Part shown: positions 11,101 through 24,800 of the stretch, piece after piece
Layout: every line of letters begins with the position of its first letter
Position numbering within the stretch: position 1 is the first letter of the stretch
Assembly: GCA_000934665.2 (NCBI GenBank)
Contig: JYFJ02001014.1
Coordinates: 62,001 to 96,215 of the forward strand
Reading direction: 5' to 3'
Source: Catajapyx aquilonaris
Taxonomy: Eukaryota
Length of the DNA stretch: 34,215 nucleotides
The notes under the pieces: model-generated
Databases searched by the model: none
What the model was told of the DNA's origin: nothing
The model's input: the letters and a program-made list of their open reading frames with translations, nothing else
Position numbers and translations under genes: made by a program

Positions 11101-14100
11101 CTCTCGCTCTTTCTTTCTCTCTGTGTCGAGACAGATGAGGGGGTCTGGGTCCTCCAGCGCCCTTTGATCCTGGCCTCAGACCTTGTTTGAGCAGTTTCTG
11201 CACGTTGCAGGCGATGTGGCCGCATTTCACAGGCTGCGAGGATGACTCTGCGTTCCTTCCACGCCCCCAACGAAAGAGGGTTTTCACTAGGAAGGGAGGG
11301 TAAAAAGGGAGAAGGGAGAAACAGTGATTGCCACCATGTGTCACGACTGTCTCCGAATCGAACCTGTGGAATCCGGCTTCTCTTTAGGGCATTTTTTTTC
11401 CTCGTATAAGGGGCCTTCTTTTTCGACAACGCATTTTGTTCGTGGCCAATATGTGCGGAACTGAGACGTGAGTTTTCTGACAGTGGTGGACCCCTCCTGG
11501 TGGGAGTGAAAAAATTATGGATTTTCCTGCAGCGAAAGTTGAAAGTGCTAAAACTGTTATGCTCAGGGCCTAGGCAGCACCTGGTCCAACTTCATGGCTG
11601 AGAATGGGATAAATATTACTAATAGAGAGCTAGGGTCTGGGGATCAAATGCTAAAATTTACAAGTGGACTTGTATACTCATAATAATTATTACATGTACC
11701 GTGCTGTCATGAACAGTGAGTGCATAAATATAGATCTGGCTCCACTCGAGTGAAAGTGGGACATTAGAGGTAGCCTACACAGGACAACACAGGAATTTTG
11801 AGTAAGCAATTCCATATTTGTAGGGCAGCTATTATTATGTCCACATTTCCTGGAGAAAGCTATGTGATGCGACCTGTTGATTGAATTCCTTCCCTCTAAA
11901 ATTACCTTCCGAAGCTTCCAAGGGGGAAAAATACCACCCTAACTCTGCGTCCCGTTGCAAAAGTTAATGTCTCGGATGAAAATTCGTGGAATCAGGCAGC
12001 GAACCGAATAATATATAATTAGCGGGGTGTAGAAAGTGGGGGGAATAAGGGTATAGGAGGAAAAATAGCTCATTTTGTAATGCATGTGGAATCCTTGGCT
12101 TCCTGGCACTAAAGCACTCGCAGCTTGCACGGCAGAATTTTTTTTAGCGCTCGATTGCGAACCTGGCGTAACGAGGAAAAAGTCCTGTGGGGATTTTAAA
12201 TTATTGCAGCGGGGTAAAAGTGTCTGCTTGTGCGGATATTTCCAACGACTCTGAGTGCATAAAAAAGGCAAAACTCGAGCCACTCGATCCTAACGAAGCA
12301 TATAAGAGGAATATTTTGTAAACCTCCTTGGATTTTTCCTTCCTTCCTGGCGGGGGTGAATAAGCCTGGGATTGCTCCAAAGCAATGGAGAAGTGGAAGT
12401 GGGTCCAATTAAGGATAGTAACCCAATTGAGACCGCAAGGGACTTGGAAGATATGGCTTTGGGCGGCTCAAATTACTTTTTGATGGACGCCGACATCGTT
12501 AGTAACATTTCTTGATCTTGGAATCGCAGAATTCTTCGAGTCGATCATTCTCACTCGGCTAGTCAGCAACCCAAACTGAATTACAGCGACGGGCGATAGA
12601 AAGCCTTTAAATCGGAATGGAAGAGTCAAATCGTCTAATTTGCTCTAATTGCGAAGAAAGAGGAAGGAAAAAAGCACCAATGACGCTCTTTTTTTTATTA
12701 TTACTCATCAGAACCTGTCTGGAACGAAAGTTTGAAAAGTTTCCGAAACTTGATCGAGTCCTGTATATGATTGATGCTTGAAATTTTGCGCATCCCTGCA
12801 GCGAGATTAGGCATCGGCGATAACGAGACAACGTGGAGTCGCTGAAACATCACAAAGGATCATTTTCCCCAGTCCGAAATGGGATTGCAGTTAATGATGT
12901 TAAACTACGAAAGTTTAGCTTTAGTGCATGACGTAATTGGTGTTACCGTAGCTGCAGAACTTCTGACGGTTGCTTGGTTGCTTCATTTACATGGAAGGGA
13001 GGAAACCAGACATTCTTTTTTTTTTTTCCTCAGCCTGAACTGAAACGTTTCAGCGAATCTTCTCGCCCTCTTAGCATCCTCCCCCATCTCTTTTTGTGCC
13101 TCGCAAAATGGTTTATCAAGGTGATGCGAAATCTCATTTGCATGCCTTGGTTCCATGCACATAGAATGGCAGGGAGGCTGGGAGAGAGAGATTCCTAGCT
13201 CTTAACCTCGTCGTCGTCGTCGACGTCGGTTCCACCCCTACCTACGCTGAACTGACGAAAGCATAATCAATTCATTAGGAAAGGTCGCGAGTGCTAATTC
13301 CCCTTTCATCGACTGCCCTCGTCCTCTAGGAATATTCCGCCTTGTCGCTGCAGGACCCAGCCAGAACTTCAAAGGTACTATTTTTCTCAGGTAGCCGCCA
13401 GCTTACTGGATAATATTTTTTTACAAGCGTAGTTAGACCACCCTGTAAATTCTGGCTGCTCAAGTGAGACACAACCTTTAACTGCACCCGGTGCAATAAG
13501 TGCTTGACGACGTCCCCCCATATTGCATCCGGCCCGTTCTTTGTCTCCTTCCGACAGCCCAGCCCTTTCACTGCAACAGGTAGTTAAGGGAGAAAAGGGG
13601 GCCAGTTAATGAAGACTAGGGTCTCGAAAGTTATGTCACGGGCCGGTAGGAAGCTCCACTCGACCACCTTTTTGTGACGTCATTGGATGGTAAAAGCCTA
13701 ACGTTTCCGGGCACCGACTCCGGAGTCAGAAAGGCCTCGTATTTTCCTCCGGATTTATGGCGGAGACCTGTCTTGCTGAGGAGCTGGAGGCTGCTGCTGC
13801 TGCTTCCAAGCCCCCTTTCATTCCGAGTTCTTGGAATTTTTCTCATCTTCTTTCGTCCCCCTCCTTTTTCTTATATATCCGCCCCTCCCTCAGAGTAACG
13901 CCCTCCTATCCATGAAATTCCACGGTCATAAGTCGTGTCATGGTCGTAAAATGGGGCAGAGAGATGATCTGCGCTGAAGTGTGAGTTTCAATCACTGAAC
14001 CAATTTGCGCCGCTCTTGCAGTCGGTTTACAATGGGTGCAAGTGTTAAAACAGGAGTGAAACGACCCCTCGTTAGGTGTAATGAATAGCTGAACTGCAGG

Positions 14101-15098
14101 AGAAACGTGTTTCGGTATAGGGGCGGGCTGTTAAAATACGGAGGAGGAGGGTGGGGGGGTTTTCTGAGAGAAAATTTTCGAAAGTGTCGGCCCTGCTCGG
14201 TGCAACGCGTACATCTTCCGGTTAAGATTCTTCCTAAGAGATGGTGGGGCGGCCCCGGGGTTGGATCCCGAGGCACTTTCCATCCATCAAGAGTGATGGA
14301 TCCCAAGCACTCGGGGGTCGCTCTGTGGGGATCACCTCTGCTTCCTAATGAAAACCAATAGCTCCCATCGCCTCTGTTCCACCTTCCTCTCTCACCATTT
14401 TTTTCCCCGGGTTTTCGCCCTCGAGGCCCCTGGTATTTATCACCTGGGTTCAGGAGCCTGCCCCCCCCTTACACCCCACCACCGCCAATACATCATTTAC
14501 ACGCCGCCTGGTTTGCGCTTATCTATTGCCGGCAATGTCACGGGCCTCCGCCTTACAGCTGCTGGGTGTTAAGAAGGTCTCAGAACCAATGATGCATGGG
14601 TAGTACACGACCGCCTCACATTTTGAGCTGGGATGAACATAACGCATTCGCAAATACGAGTTGGCAAGTTTCCTAGAGATGTTTCCCCCAGCCTTATGCG
14701 CTCTAAGGTAACACATCATTAAGTAAAGAGTTGTGCAAGTTAGATCGGGTTTAGTACAGTCCTTTCCAATAGCCGCTGGCATCGACCGCGAGCCCCTTAA
14801 ATGCACGCTTTTTGTAGAACAGGAAAGGCTTACGGGTTTCATACGAATCAGGATGAAAGGAACTCTCCAAGGACACTCAGCTCTTTGCTTTGCTTTCAAC
14901 CCGATTCGCTTATTAACACCACTTGCTCTCTACTCCATTATTCGAGAGCAGAAGTTTCATCGAGTTCCGCCATTCTTAATTACTATGATTTATGGGGAAA
15001 AGCGATTAAACGCATTGTCGCTGTGCTCCACTTTTCTTTGTTGGAATCGGTTCAATGCTAGTCCGGGACTGGCCAAAGAGATTTAGAATAGGGTTTGG

Positions 15099-15432
15099 CA
15101 CACTGGCCACTAGAGTGGGCCGCGATATTTCGGGCGATTCAGTTCGAAATTGAAAGCTGTTGCTCTGGGGAAAATTGGGTCATCACTTCACCTACCGTGA
15201 TTTTCTGCTAATTACCTTCACAAATTGAAAATCCGGTGCTTGAAAAAAAAAAAGCTCCCATTGATATTTTTCGGGATATGCAAGTTGAGTATGCTGTAGT
15301 GGACTGCACGGTTATAATTTTTTACAAAATAATGACCATTAAGTGGTGAGCGATTATTCCTGCCAAATTGTGTCGATAACTATTCTGGTTTTTTTTTGGT
15401 GAAAGTTCCCAATGACGTGTGTTGCCATTGTG
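15099..15432. mobile_element. Possible CAC-terminated (Transib/CMC-like) MITE remnant
   Basis: CACACTGGCCAC (15099-15110) and GTTGCCATTGTG (15421-15432) are inverted at 10/12 around an AT-rich interior. The 5-bp flanks (TTTGG/GTAGC) do not form a TSD. Confidence 0.3.
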
Positions 15433-18400
15433 GTAGCCTAAAAATCTGAGTATATAGTTAGAAGCCCACACATGCGATACATCAAGTTGTGGCTAGTAAC
15501 TTTTAAACCCTGCATATACTGTATGGGTTTTAACTGCTGGAAGGGGCGTGAACAGCTGTGATTCGCGTTACACGGCTTGATGCATGCCGTTGACCCAGTA
15601 ATGACTCTGGAGTAGGAGCAATTACATAACACGGGCTCTGCGGGGACTGTACGTCTTAAACGCGGGATTTATTTATGGAATGTTCTTGACTGCCAGCTGG
15701 GGTCCCGTAATTAATTATGCACGAGTCGGTTTCAGGACCGACGTGCTGATGCACGAGTCGCTATTAATTTTAGCGTCGCGTTAAGTTTTCGAATCGATAC
15801 TTGGTCAGACCACTGCGAGGTCTGCATTGGTATAGGCAGGATGAAAAAAAAAGAGAGGCGCAAAAAAAAAAGTAAGTCCGGAAAGACTTTTTCGAGAAGG
15901 AAGGAAATCTAATCCGAGTCCCTTATGGCTACCCTTCAGCCATATAAAGCAACCACCATTTCTCGCCGACTGGGAAACTTTGTCCGGGCGGGGACCACGA
16001 GAATTACGAACCCAGTATCGGCACTGGGTCCTACCCCCCCTAAGTGTGTTTGTCTCTACAAGTTGCCGGAAAACGGCTGGACGGGAAAGAGGAGAAAGAA
16101 GCACACACAAAAAAATAACATGGTACCCCCAGCCCGCATAACGTCCGACGGAGCCAGCGGAGGTAAAATAATGAAATTGTCCAAGCCACTGTCTCCTCTT
16201 TCCGGAAAACCTGCAACGGTGGTCATTGTTTTTCCTAAACACGTTCCGCATTGAGAGCTATGAACTAATGTCCACCCGGTTTGTAGGGGGGGGGTTAGAA
16301 TTTTTGTTGAAAAATACACGACCCTCTGGCATCAAAGTTTCCATTTCGACGGATGAGTTAGGGAGGCTTAGAAAGCCTCCAAAGCTCTAATCCCATAGAT
16401 CTATCTATCTCTCTCTCTCCGAGGGCTCCCCAGTCGCTGGGGGCCTTCTCATAAATATGGTCCACCCCGGCTGGAAGAAGGGGGGAGGATGGAGGGTCCT
16501 TAGGGAGGGATGCAGGATGCTTTCGATGGTCACCGGAACAAAGAAGAGGGGGCGGGCGGTATTCTAGGTTGAAAAGGCATAAGTGGATTAAGAAGGCGAT
16601 GAGGAGGGTTGAGTGGCTTTGTGAAGAGAAAACAACTTTTCATTAAGGGGGTATCCTTGGAGACGGATGGGGGCTGTGCAGGAGTGGAGTAATGGTGGGG
16701 GAGGGGATCATGAGAACGGATCATAGAGAGAGTCTGGGTTGTAAGTTTTGAAGGTCATATCTTGTTAAGGGGGCTTTGAAATTTCAGGAGTTTCGAATTG
16801 AGCTGTTTTGTTACTCGCTGAAAGCAGGCAGGAATGATGATGGAATGTAATGATAATCCGCATTTGCACATGATGTTAATATTGCTTAAAAGTTGACGCC
16901 TATATATGGCAAAGGATAAATGTCAATTGCATGATTTTCCATGCCACATTTTCATCTTTTCCTAATATATGGAATGTGCTCAAATATATGCTTACGTGCA
17001 CATTTTCCCCCCATACGACTTTTAAAAGCCATGGTAGTCGAAGTGCACGATTTCAAGGCTTTGAATGCTACTGTTGGCAGCCGCAGCCAGGCGTCATAAC
17101 GAGCGGTTCAACTTCGGTTATTCGCTGAAATCGGCAATGAGAGGGAGAGAGAGAGAGTGAGTGAGTTTGGAGCTAAAATGGGAAGGATTTTCACGCTTAT
17201 CTAACATATTCATTCTTCTCGTGCTCGCTTTGCGGTGACCCCCTTTACGTTCATTAGGCGCATTGTCTCGGTCAAAGTGGCACGTATCGGCCTCCCCCAC
17301 ACACAACGTGACCATTGTGAGAATAAATCTGAGTAAATGAAACTGTCACTCCGTTCCACTGTCGTAATCGGGTTTTACACGAGGTGAAACATTTTAAATC
17401 GGGGGGATGGTGACCGGATCATCATATGCTTTCAACGGATGACCAGCTCGCAAACAAATAATGCTAAGCCTTTCCTCCCCGCCTATGATTTTGACCGCAT
17501 GAATTTAAAGTTGTGCATTACCAGTTGAATATCTGAAAAGCAGAACCATCAGAGAGTCACAGTTTGGTCGAAATTAGTTCGCCATTGTGTCATTGACGCA
17601 TACGTTTTAGTGGCCAAGTTAGATTTTTTGGTACAAAAATTGCAGTACTTTAGAGAAGTAGGCTGTATATGGAAAAAGGGACGATGCAATATAAATGCAA
17701 CTTCTAATGTGAAATAATTTTTAGTGATTCTTAATCTCTCTTCATTTCAAGTCTTCAGTAACATCTGGGTATACTTACCAAATTCCAGAAAAGTATTTTT
17801 TTTAAGGAGAAAGTTGCATTATTCTTCTCCAAGGTAATGTGTTCATGTCACTGTAGCTTTTAGTGGAATGTGAACCTTGGAGTTGGTAAGGCGTAGAGGA
17901 TATTTGTTAGTTGTTATCCAGGCAAAAAAAAAAAAAAATACACCTTACTTAAGGGAAGAAAATAGTACTCGATAATTTTTCTGTGCTATTCCACAGCAGC
18001 GGCCAGTTCGAGGTGAGATATTTTCGTACTTGTTTCGAGAAACGTGCACATGTATACAGTATAATGCCATTTTACCATCATTTCTCAATAATACATTTTC
18101 TAAAGCGCTGTTTTTTTTGTATTAGACAATTGGTAAATCGCATTAGGCTAGTGTTATTTTATGTGGCCTATATGCTTATTACTCCTTAATTTCATAAAAG
18201 CGCCATGAAAAGTCACTAAAGTAATTTCAAATGCTTTGCAAGCGATAATTGATATTAACTTTTGTACATTGTGAACATAATTATGTCAGTAATAACATTA
18301 TGAACAATTGTGTTTGTTGGGAGATCATTTTTAGAAGGCTTGTTTCTGCCATTACTGAATTTATGCATATAAATTAAGTGCTTACGAGTGTAGGGAGAGA

Positions 18401-18655
18401 GTGCTGTATGACTCAACATTGAAGTTCCTGACAATCAGTAATAGGCTCACCAAAATTGCGGCTCTTATCCGGCAGCTATCAGAAATATTGCTGTCCCAAT
18501 AGCCCAAGTAGCTATTGGGACAGTGCAAAAAAATTCCCAATTTACAGGCTGCGATATTTTCACACCGAGACAGCGTCATTTGGATCAGGAAAACTCTTGC
18601 ATCAAACACTGTAAACCATACCCCAGGGAATTCCGCCAATATGCACTGCGGGAGA

Positions 18656-18688
18656 GAGTGATGGCCAACCTCTGGCACACGTGCTGAA
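18656..18688 (+). mobile_element. Solo hAT (Charlie-type) terminus remnant
   Basis: GAGTGATGGCCAACCTCTGGCACACGTGC closely resembles the CAGTGATGGC.AACCT.TGGCACGCGTGC ends I recall for hAT/Charlie elements. No partner end found. Confidence 0.35.
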
Positions 18689-19358
18689 AATTCAAATTCG
18701 CTGGGCTTTCCTTAAATACATGGCACGACGGAATAGAGAAAAAAACGAGAGAGAAGACCTGGAGAGGAGGAAAAAAAAAAGAAGTTTAAAAAAAAGCCTT
18801 CTCCATCACTGCCTTACCCGAACGAATTGAACTTCCTAGGAAGCGAAATGGAACTGTTTGCACTCAAAGTGGCAGCGCCTTTGTCGGCCTTTTCCAGCCG
18901 AGGGAATTTGGGTGTGGCCATGCATGTTTGTGACATTTTGTCCCCTTGGCAAGGCCCTTTTCTTCAGCGTTTATCGAGGCCGTAGATTCCATCTTTCAAA
19001 GAGGGGCCCAGCGAGATCTCTTGCCAAAACCCACAAATCCCCTCCTCTCCTAGCCCTTCCCCCCTCCTTTTTGCAGTAAATGACATTTCTCTCTCTCTCT
19101 TTTTCTTTTCTCCTCGAGGCGGGAGGCGCTAAAAGATGAGCCTTAATGCCTTGCTCAATACACGATAGGCTGGATGCCAGTATTCGATCAGAATAAGGCC
19201 GAATCTTCTTCATATACACGGAGTGGAAGTGGAAGAAGTTATTGGTTGTTTACGTCAGCAACTGTGGGAACTTTGGTCGTTCCCCTGTGCTTATACTGAG
19301 AGAGCTTGAATTTGTCTTGCGTTTATGTAAACATCCAGTTTTGACTTCCTTTCCTCAG

Positions 19359-19435
19359 GGCAGCACGTGACAATTGCGCGCTTCACAGGCGGCGAATGCA
19401 AACCTCGTCAAGTTGCTATGCGACAAATGGCAAAG
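19359..19435 (+). other. Candidate 77-nt internal exon of the unidentified plus-strand gene
   Basis: Strong acceptor TTTTGACTTCCTTTCCTCAG ending 19358 and donor AAG|GTAACA at 19436. Two frames are open: GQHVTIARFTGGECKPRQVAMRQMAK with phase-1 entry, or MQTSSSCYATNGK(G) with phase-1 exit. Confidence 0.3.
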
Positions 19436-21329
19436 GTAACAATTGGATTATAGCAAGCGACCTCCTTCCTGCGGCAGTGTAAATATTCAACACGAGATGC
19501 ATGGAAGGAGAAACGACATAAAGCGATTTGTTTTTTTTCCGAGCGCCTTTGTTCAGATCGCTATTAAGCCTCAGCGAGAGTAGCTCGTTTCGTTGCAATT
19601 CAGCCTCTTTTTTTCCGAAGGTGCGCCCTTATCTTGGATTAGGTTAGCCGATTTGTAATCTCCCCGATCTTGCGATGTTAGACGGAGCATGACTAAGTGG
19701 AATTCAAGCCAGATTTTGCGAGCTCTCTCTCTCTGGAAGAAGAAGCACAGCCGCGGTGGGGGGGAAAAAAAGGTGCTGGCTGGAGGAGAGAGATCGTGTA
19801 CCCTGTACTCGTGTGGGAAATGATGAATTAACGGTTTTGGAAGTGTGGACCGCAAGCATACCAACGACACATACCAATAAGCCAGGGGTATTCGTGAATG
19901 AATACTGCATTGCTGCACCGCAAACGATGTCGATTGGGTGCGTGTTGCGTGCTTATGTGTCAAACCCTGCAACGTCAACGACCGGACAACTATTGCTGGC
20001 ATGTGTCACTCCAAGATGCATGCGTGTATAGTTATTTCCTGATCACATTTTGTTAGTCGAGGCTTGAACGGTACGCATGCTTGCAAGGATGAGATGTCAG
20101 GATTAAAATGAAGTCATTTGAATTCACGTGTGGATAATTAATGCCCTGATAAATGACGCAGTGTTCATGATTTACCGAAGAAATGGCCATCAATCTGAGC
20201 GTACGTGTGGTGTTGTGTCGGAGTACTGCAAATTGAACTCGTTTTGACCTGATGTGAGACAGTGATGGAGCATGAAAATTCGAGCGACATCTCACACCAC
20301 GTCGTGCCTGTACATGCAGTAACATAATAATATTATTGTTAGTTCAACTTTCTGCCAAAAGCAATGCTTCCGGACTTAATCTGGTATTAAAGAAGAGAGT
20401 CATCCAATTAAGTGATCGTTGAGCTGAAAATGTGAGAGATTCAGGGAAAGTAACTGCTTACACGAAGGATTTGATATGTGACAGTTAAAAAGTAATTTTA
20501 TGAACCTGTTTCTATAGAAGAAATTACATGAATAGTAACACAGTAGTAATTGATGTGTCATTGAGGTAAACCTGAATTCAATTACTAAGTGTCAGGACTC
20601 ACATAAACATAGCATATGTCGGGCATTGTGCCAGTAGCCAAGCCTTGGCTTTCTAATGTAAGGCAAGTGAACACATTTGACATAAAAATACAAGTTTTTC
20701 CAGCTTAATTACAGCAGGTAATAATGTTTACGATTCATTTATGGAGGATAATGTAGGTCGAATCGTCTTTTATTGCAGGAAAGTTGGTCAACAAGTCACC
20801 CATTTTGAATGTTGCATGCAGCTCAGTTCTTGCAGTGCAGTGATAATTGGTGAGCACACGCTGAGGAATCGAGAAAGTGTGTCCAGTGATTTACGTGTCA
20901 AATACCGTAATCAGTATCTTCATGTTCCAGTGAATGGCGATAATCTTAAAAGGAATTAAAGGGGGCGGTGGCCGTAATTAGAGGCAAATATACAACCGGC
21001 GCCTTGGCCAGGATCGGTGCCAGGGAGTCTGGTAAGGCTAAAATGAAAACTCCCCCGACGTTATATATAAGGAGCTGGGAGGGGATGTATATGTGCCGGG
21101 GGTTGGGTTGGGGAAAAAAACCAATTCCTTCTATTGATCCTAGCCGAACATTAGCAAGCAGTCATGAGAGGCACCTTCGATATTAGGAACCCGTGGCGGT
21201 GGTTGGCCTATTGATGACGCTAATAATGCGTTTGTTGGCCTATATGGATTGCGGGGTGCGTGGTGGGCCAACAAGGATGCCTAATTGCGTAGAGCTTGGG
21301 TTTCCCCTACGGCTCTACTTGCCAACTCA

Positions 21330-21860
21330 TTTTCCTGGCCGCTGAACCTTTTTCATCTTGCATGGAACGGATTTCAGGGGAGGGCTACTTATTATTTTTG
21401 GATGAGGGGCCAAGTGCATGGGTATTGTTGTAGGGGTTTCCTGCTTAATGCGCTCAGTTGGGCCCTCCAGGCCTAGACTTGGAATGGGATGAGATGCTGG
21501 GGGTTTCGCTACTTGATAAGCGCTTTGTGATGCGGAAGTTAAGCGCAGGGAGGGCAAGAGTTTAACCATATTTGGCTCCATGCAGATGCTCTTCTGCATT
21601 GGGCGGGGTCTAAAGTGTTGCACCTGTTTGTTGAACCGGTGCCCGTGCTTGGACCCGCGTCGGGACTCGGAAAAGTTTTGGCAGATTACAGCTGTTGGAA
21701 CTATGGAGCCTCTGGGGCGGCAATCTAACTTTTTCCGCATTGGCAACTAGGATGACATAACATGGAGGATGAAGGATTTTCTGGAGAGCATTTGGAATAT
21801 ATTACATAAGCCTTTTGGCGAAACTGGGTGACAGAGGAAACAGGATTCCAATCAGTTGGC
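21330..21860 (+). mobile_element. Decayed non-LTR retrotransposon (RTE-like) reverse-transcriptase C-terminal fragment
   Basis: Collinear degenerate motifs across stops and frameshifts: GFLLNA (21435, cf. GLKIN), GFRYLIS (21501, cf. FKYLGS), CDAEVKRREGKSLTIFGSM (21526, cf. D.EI.RRIGKA...F..L), DSEKFW (cf. YGSETW) and MKDFLESIWNI (21769, cf. EMRFLR.I). Consensus motifs are from memory and the boundaries are approximate. Confidence 0.5.
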
Positions 21861-24800
21861 CCTCAACATGATGCAGAAACGTCCCAGCATGTTGCCAGAA
21901 TAATTGTGAAGATCTCTACTTAAGTTGATGATAATCTAAGTTTAAAATAATATTCTGTGTTACAATTGCTTGGTATGGTTACCAAGCCACTTTTCCCAAG
22001 CTAACTGCAAGAGCTCAATTTTACATGTAAAAATGAGCTTAGGTCACTAGGCTAAAAGAAGTGGCTGTGTTCATATAAGGATTATGATGGAGCCAGCTGC
22101 TGTGAAGGGTCCGCAGCAGTATTATAAATACAAGTGGGCATTACTCCGATAATTATTTAATTCCCAGACTGGCCTGCAGTCGGCTGTGTACATTTCGGAG
22201 GAACGAATGTCCCCTGAGGATTAACGATCAACTGATGACTAAGTGTAAACACGTGAGGGTTAATGCCTTCTGCCTCATGGTGGCTCAAATAGCCTAGCAA
22301 CCCGGGTTAAAATTACACAGTATAATTATCTGCACCCTCAGCTTCGTTTTCCATGTATTGATGGAAGCACCATTTACACGCCCTTAAAAAATGCATTGCA
22401 TTGCCCTGGTCTGTAGCCCAGCCATCTTGACCAAAGTGGAAGATAGCATCTGACAATTGGGGCAACAAGTGGAGAGTGCGGGTTCTGCCTCGCAGCAGCG
22501 GTCTTGGCAGCAGCAGCCCATGCTCGTCAATTACCAACTCGTTTATATCGGCATAGGATCCCCTTGATGGGTGCTGGGAGATCCGGGAGAAGGCGAGATT
22601 TTGCCTCGGAAATCAAATACATGGGGGGTAGGAGGATGCCAAAGGCCATTTCCCTCTCCTCCACCACCTTCTGAGCGAATCGCCTCCTCTCGTCTTCTTT
22701 CTTCCTTTTTTTGCAGAATCGATATCAGGTTTCGTGTCATACCATGCCGTCGTTTGTTACGAGCCCACTTCAATCTTGTGTCGCCCGGTGTCATTGCTCG
22801 ATAAAAATGAGTTATCGCACGAGTACGTTTTAAGCCCCTGAGGTAAATAAACTTGTGCTTTATGCCGCGACTATAAAGTCGGGGAGCGGAGGAGAGAAAG
22901 TGGAAGGGAAATTAACGTCGCCGCCAGAACCGTGTATGAATACTGACGTAATTAGTGGGCTGCTTATACAGTCGGACTGGCACTAGAACTGAAGTAAATC
23001 AATACGTGCCCGAAACCGATAACAAACAAATCTAATGTGGGAATGTGGGCTACAAAAGTTAACAGTTTCACTTTACCCACCAGATCCCAATCCCCTCTCA
23101 GACGCTAACGTATTTAGCATGGAAATATTTGTTACAACTCCTAGTTACGTCACAATCACAACTGTTTGCAACGATGTAAACATTGGACGAGTTTTTCGAG
23201 CAGCCAAGAATTTTTCATATAAGCTACTTCAATGGCTGGCTACTACTTGTTGGCATGTACTACTAACTTGAGCATCCTGATTAAAACTAAAAATTAAAGG
23301 CATCGGCATGCAGCCAGTTCCATTATCGTAGGATGTCATCACACCTTCCTGTTTATCAGGTTACTGGAACTCCAATTGCACCGTCGGAGTAATTAACATG
23401 TAAACCCTGGAATACTCCTTGGGCTCGCGAGTTAACTCCCTGCGCGAAACTATCCAGGCGAAGGGGTCAAAGTTCCCTTGGAATTGTCGGAATCTCTCTA
23501 GAATCTAGCAAGATCATTAGAAGTGGAAGGAAGTAAGAGATGTCGCTCCTGTTTGCGGTTAGCTCTCTAGAGAGGATAGCGTTGGCTTCATTAGAAAGGG
23601 TCATTTCCTTACTGCTAACGTGGTTGTCGATACGGCAGAACCAGGGAAATCGCTTATGGGTCTGCTCCCGGATGGAAAACCTCTGGAGGAACTTGTTCCT
23701 TATCAGTGAATAAGGTGGGAGATGTCTTCTCCCAGACGATTAGTGAAGTCCATTAGTGAACATTGATCCGGCTGGATGAGGGGGAAAAAGACAAGATGAT
23801 TTCAGAGAAGAGACATACGTATATATTAACGCCTGTATTTTGTTGTTTCACTTCCTCTGCGGCCCCCCATCGCCCATCCCTGACTCTTCCTTCTCCTTTT
23901 GCGAGTGGTATAGGTCACTGTGTTCATCGGAGCGCGAGGATATTAGATTGTTGTGGAATTGCCTTTCACAGAGATCATCTCGGCAGAAGGAAAAAAAAGC
24001 AAGCGGGACGAACCTCTCAGAGGGAATGAAATGGAGGATGTCGTGAAGGAAGAGGCATGAATAATTTACTGTTGGCAGAAGGGAAAAAATAATCTAGTTC
24101 ACACATGACGCGTTTGTCGTTTAATATTTAAGATGTAAATTGAATATTCTTTTTTCAATTGTTGTACGGATCATAACAGTTCTGTGCACGATAATTTTGC
24201 GTATTACGAAAAACTATGTGGATATGTGTACGCCCTGTGGGTGCTTCCCTGTATAACGTTGAAGAAAATGTCTCATGATTACACTGCGGACTTGTGTGTT
24301 CCCTGGAAGCACGTCATATCAGTAAAGTTTTGCTGCGTAAAGTTTCGATGAAAGCACACCGCTGCGAACATTGTTATAATCTCGTGGAAGCAATCTTTGC
24401 ATTTCAAGCGCAGAAAGGGATCATCTCTGCAATGGCCTGTTCTCCCGAGTTTGCGACCCTGCGTGACTTTCTGACCTCCCAGGGTCGACGAATTAGGTTG
24501 GTCTCGAAATAGCACTACGAGAATGAACATGGCGTGCCAGCTCGGGAGATGCCTGATTAGTCTTCTCTGAAATCAACACAAAATCTAGTCTTCACTTCTA
24601 GGGAGCTAGCCTCATTAGTCTGTGCACATTTGCTATATAGCAACTTGACGGAGAAATAGCTGACATTGGCCCCTATTCCCCTCCGCCCCCGTTCTAACTG
24701 CCTGGCATGCAAATTACGAGCTCTAAACAGAGTTCCTTTTTTTCCCATTCGGATAAAAAGGTGGGATGGTATAAAACGTCCGGTTTAATACCAGTGCTCC

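Noticed and set aside
10955..16319. Longest track ORFs (104-154 aa at 10955, 10965, 13992, 14519, 14733, 15805, 15925)
   Set aside because: No recognisable domains, overlapping open frames on both strands, homopolymer-driven composition and no convincing splice boundaries.
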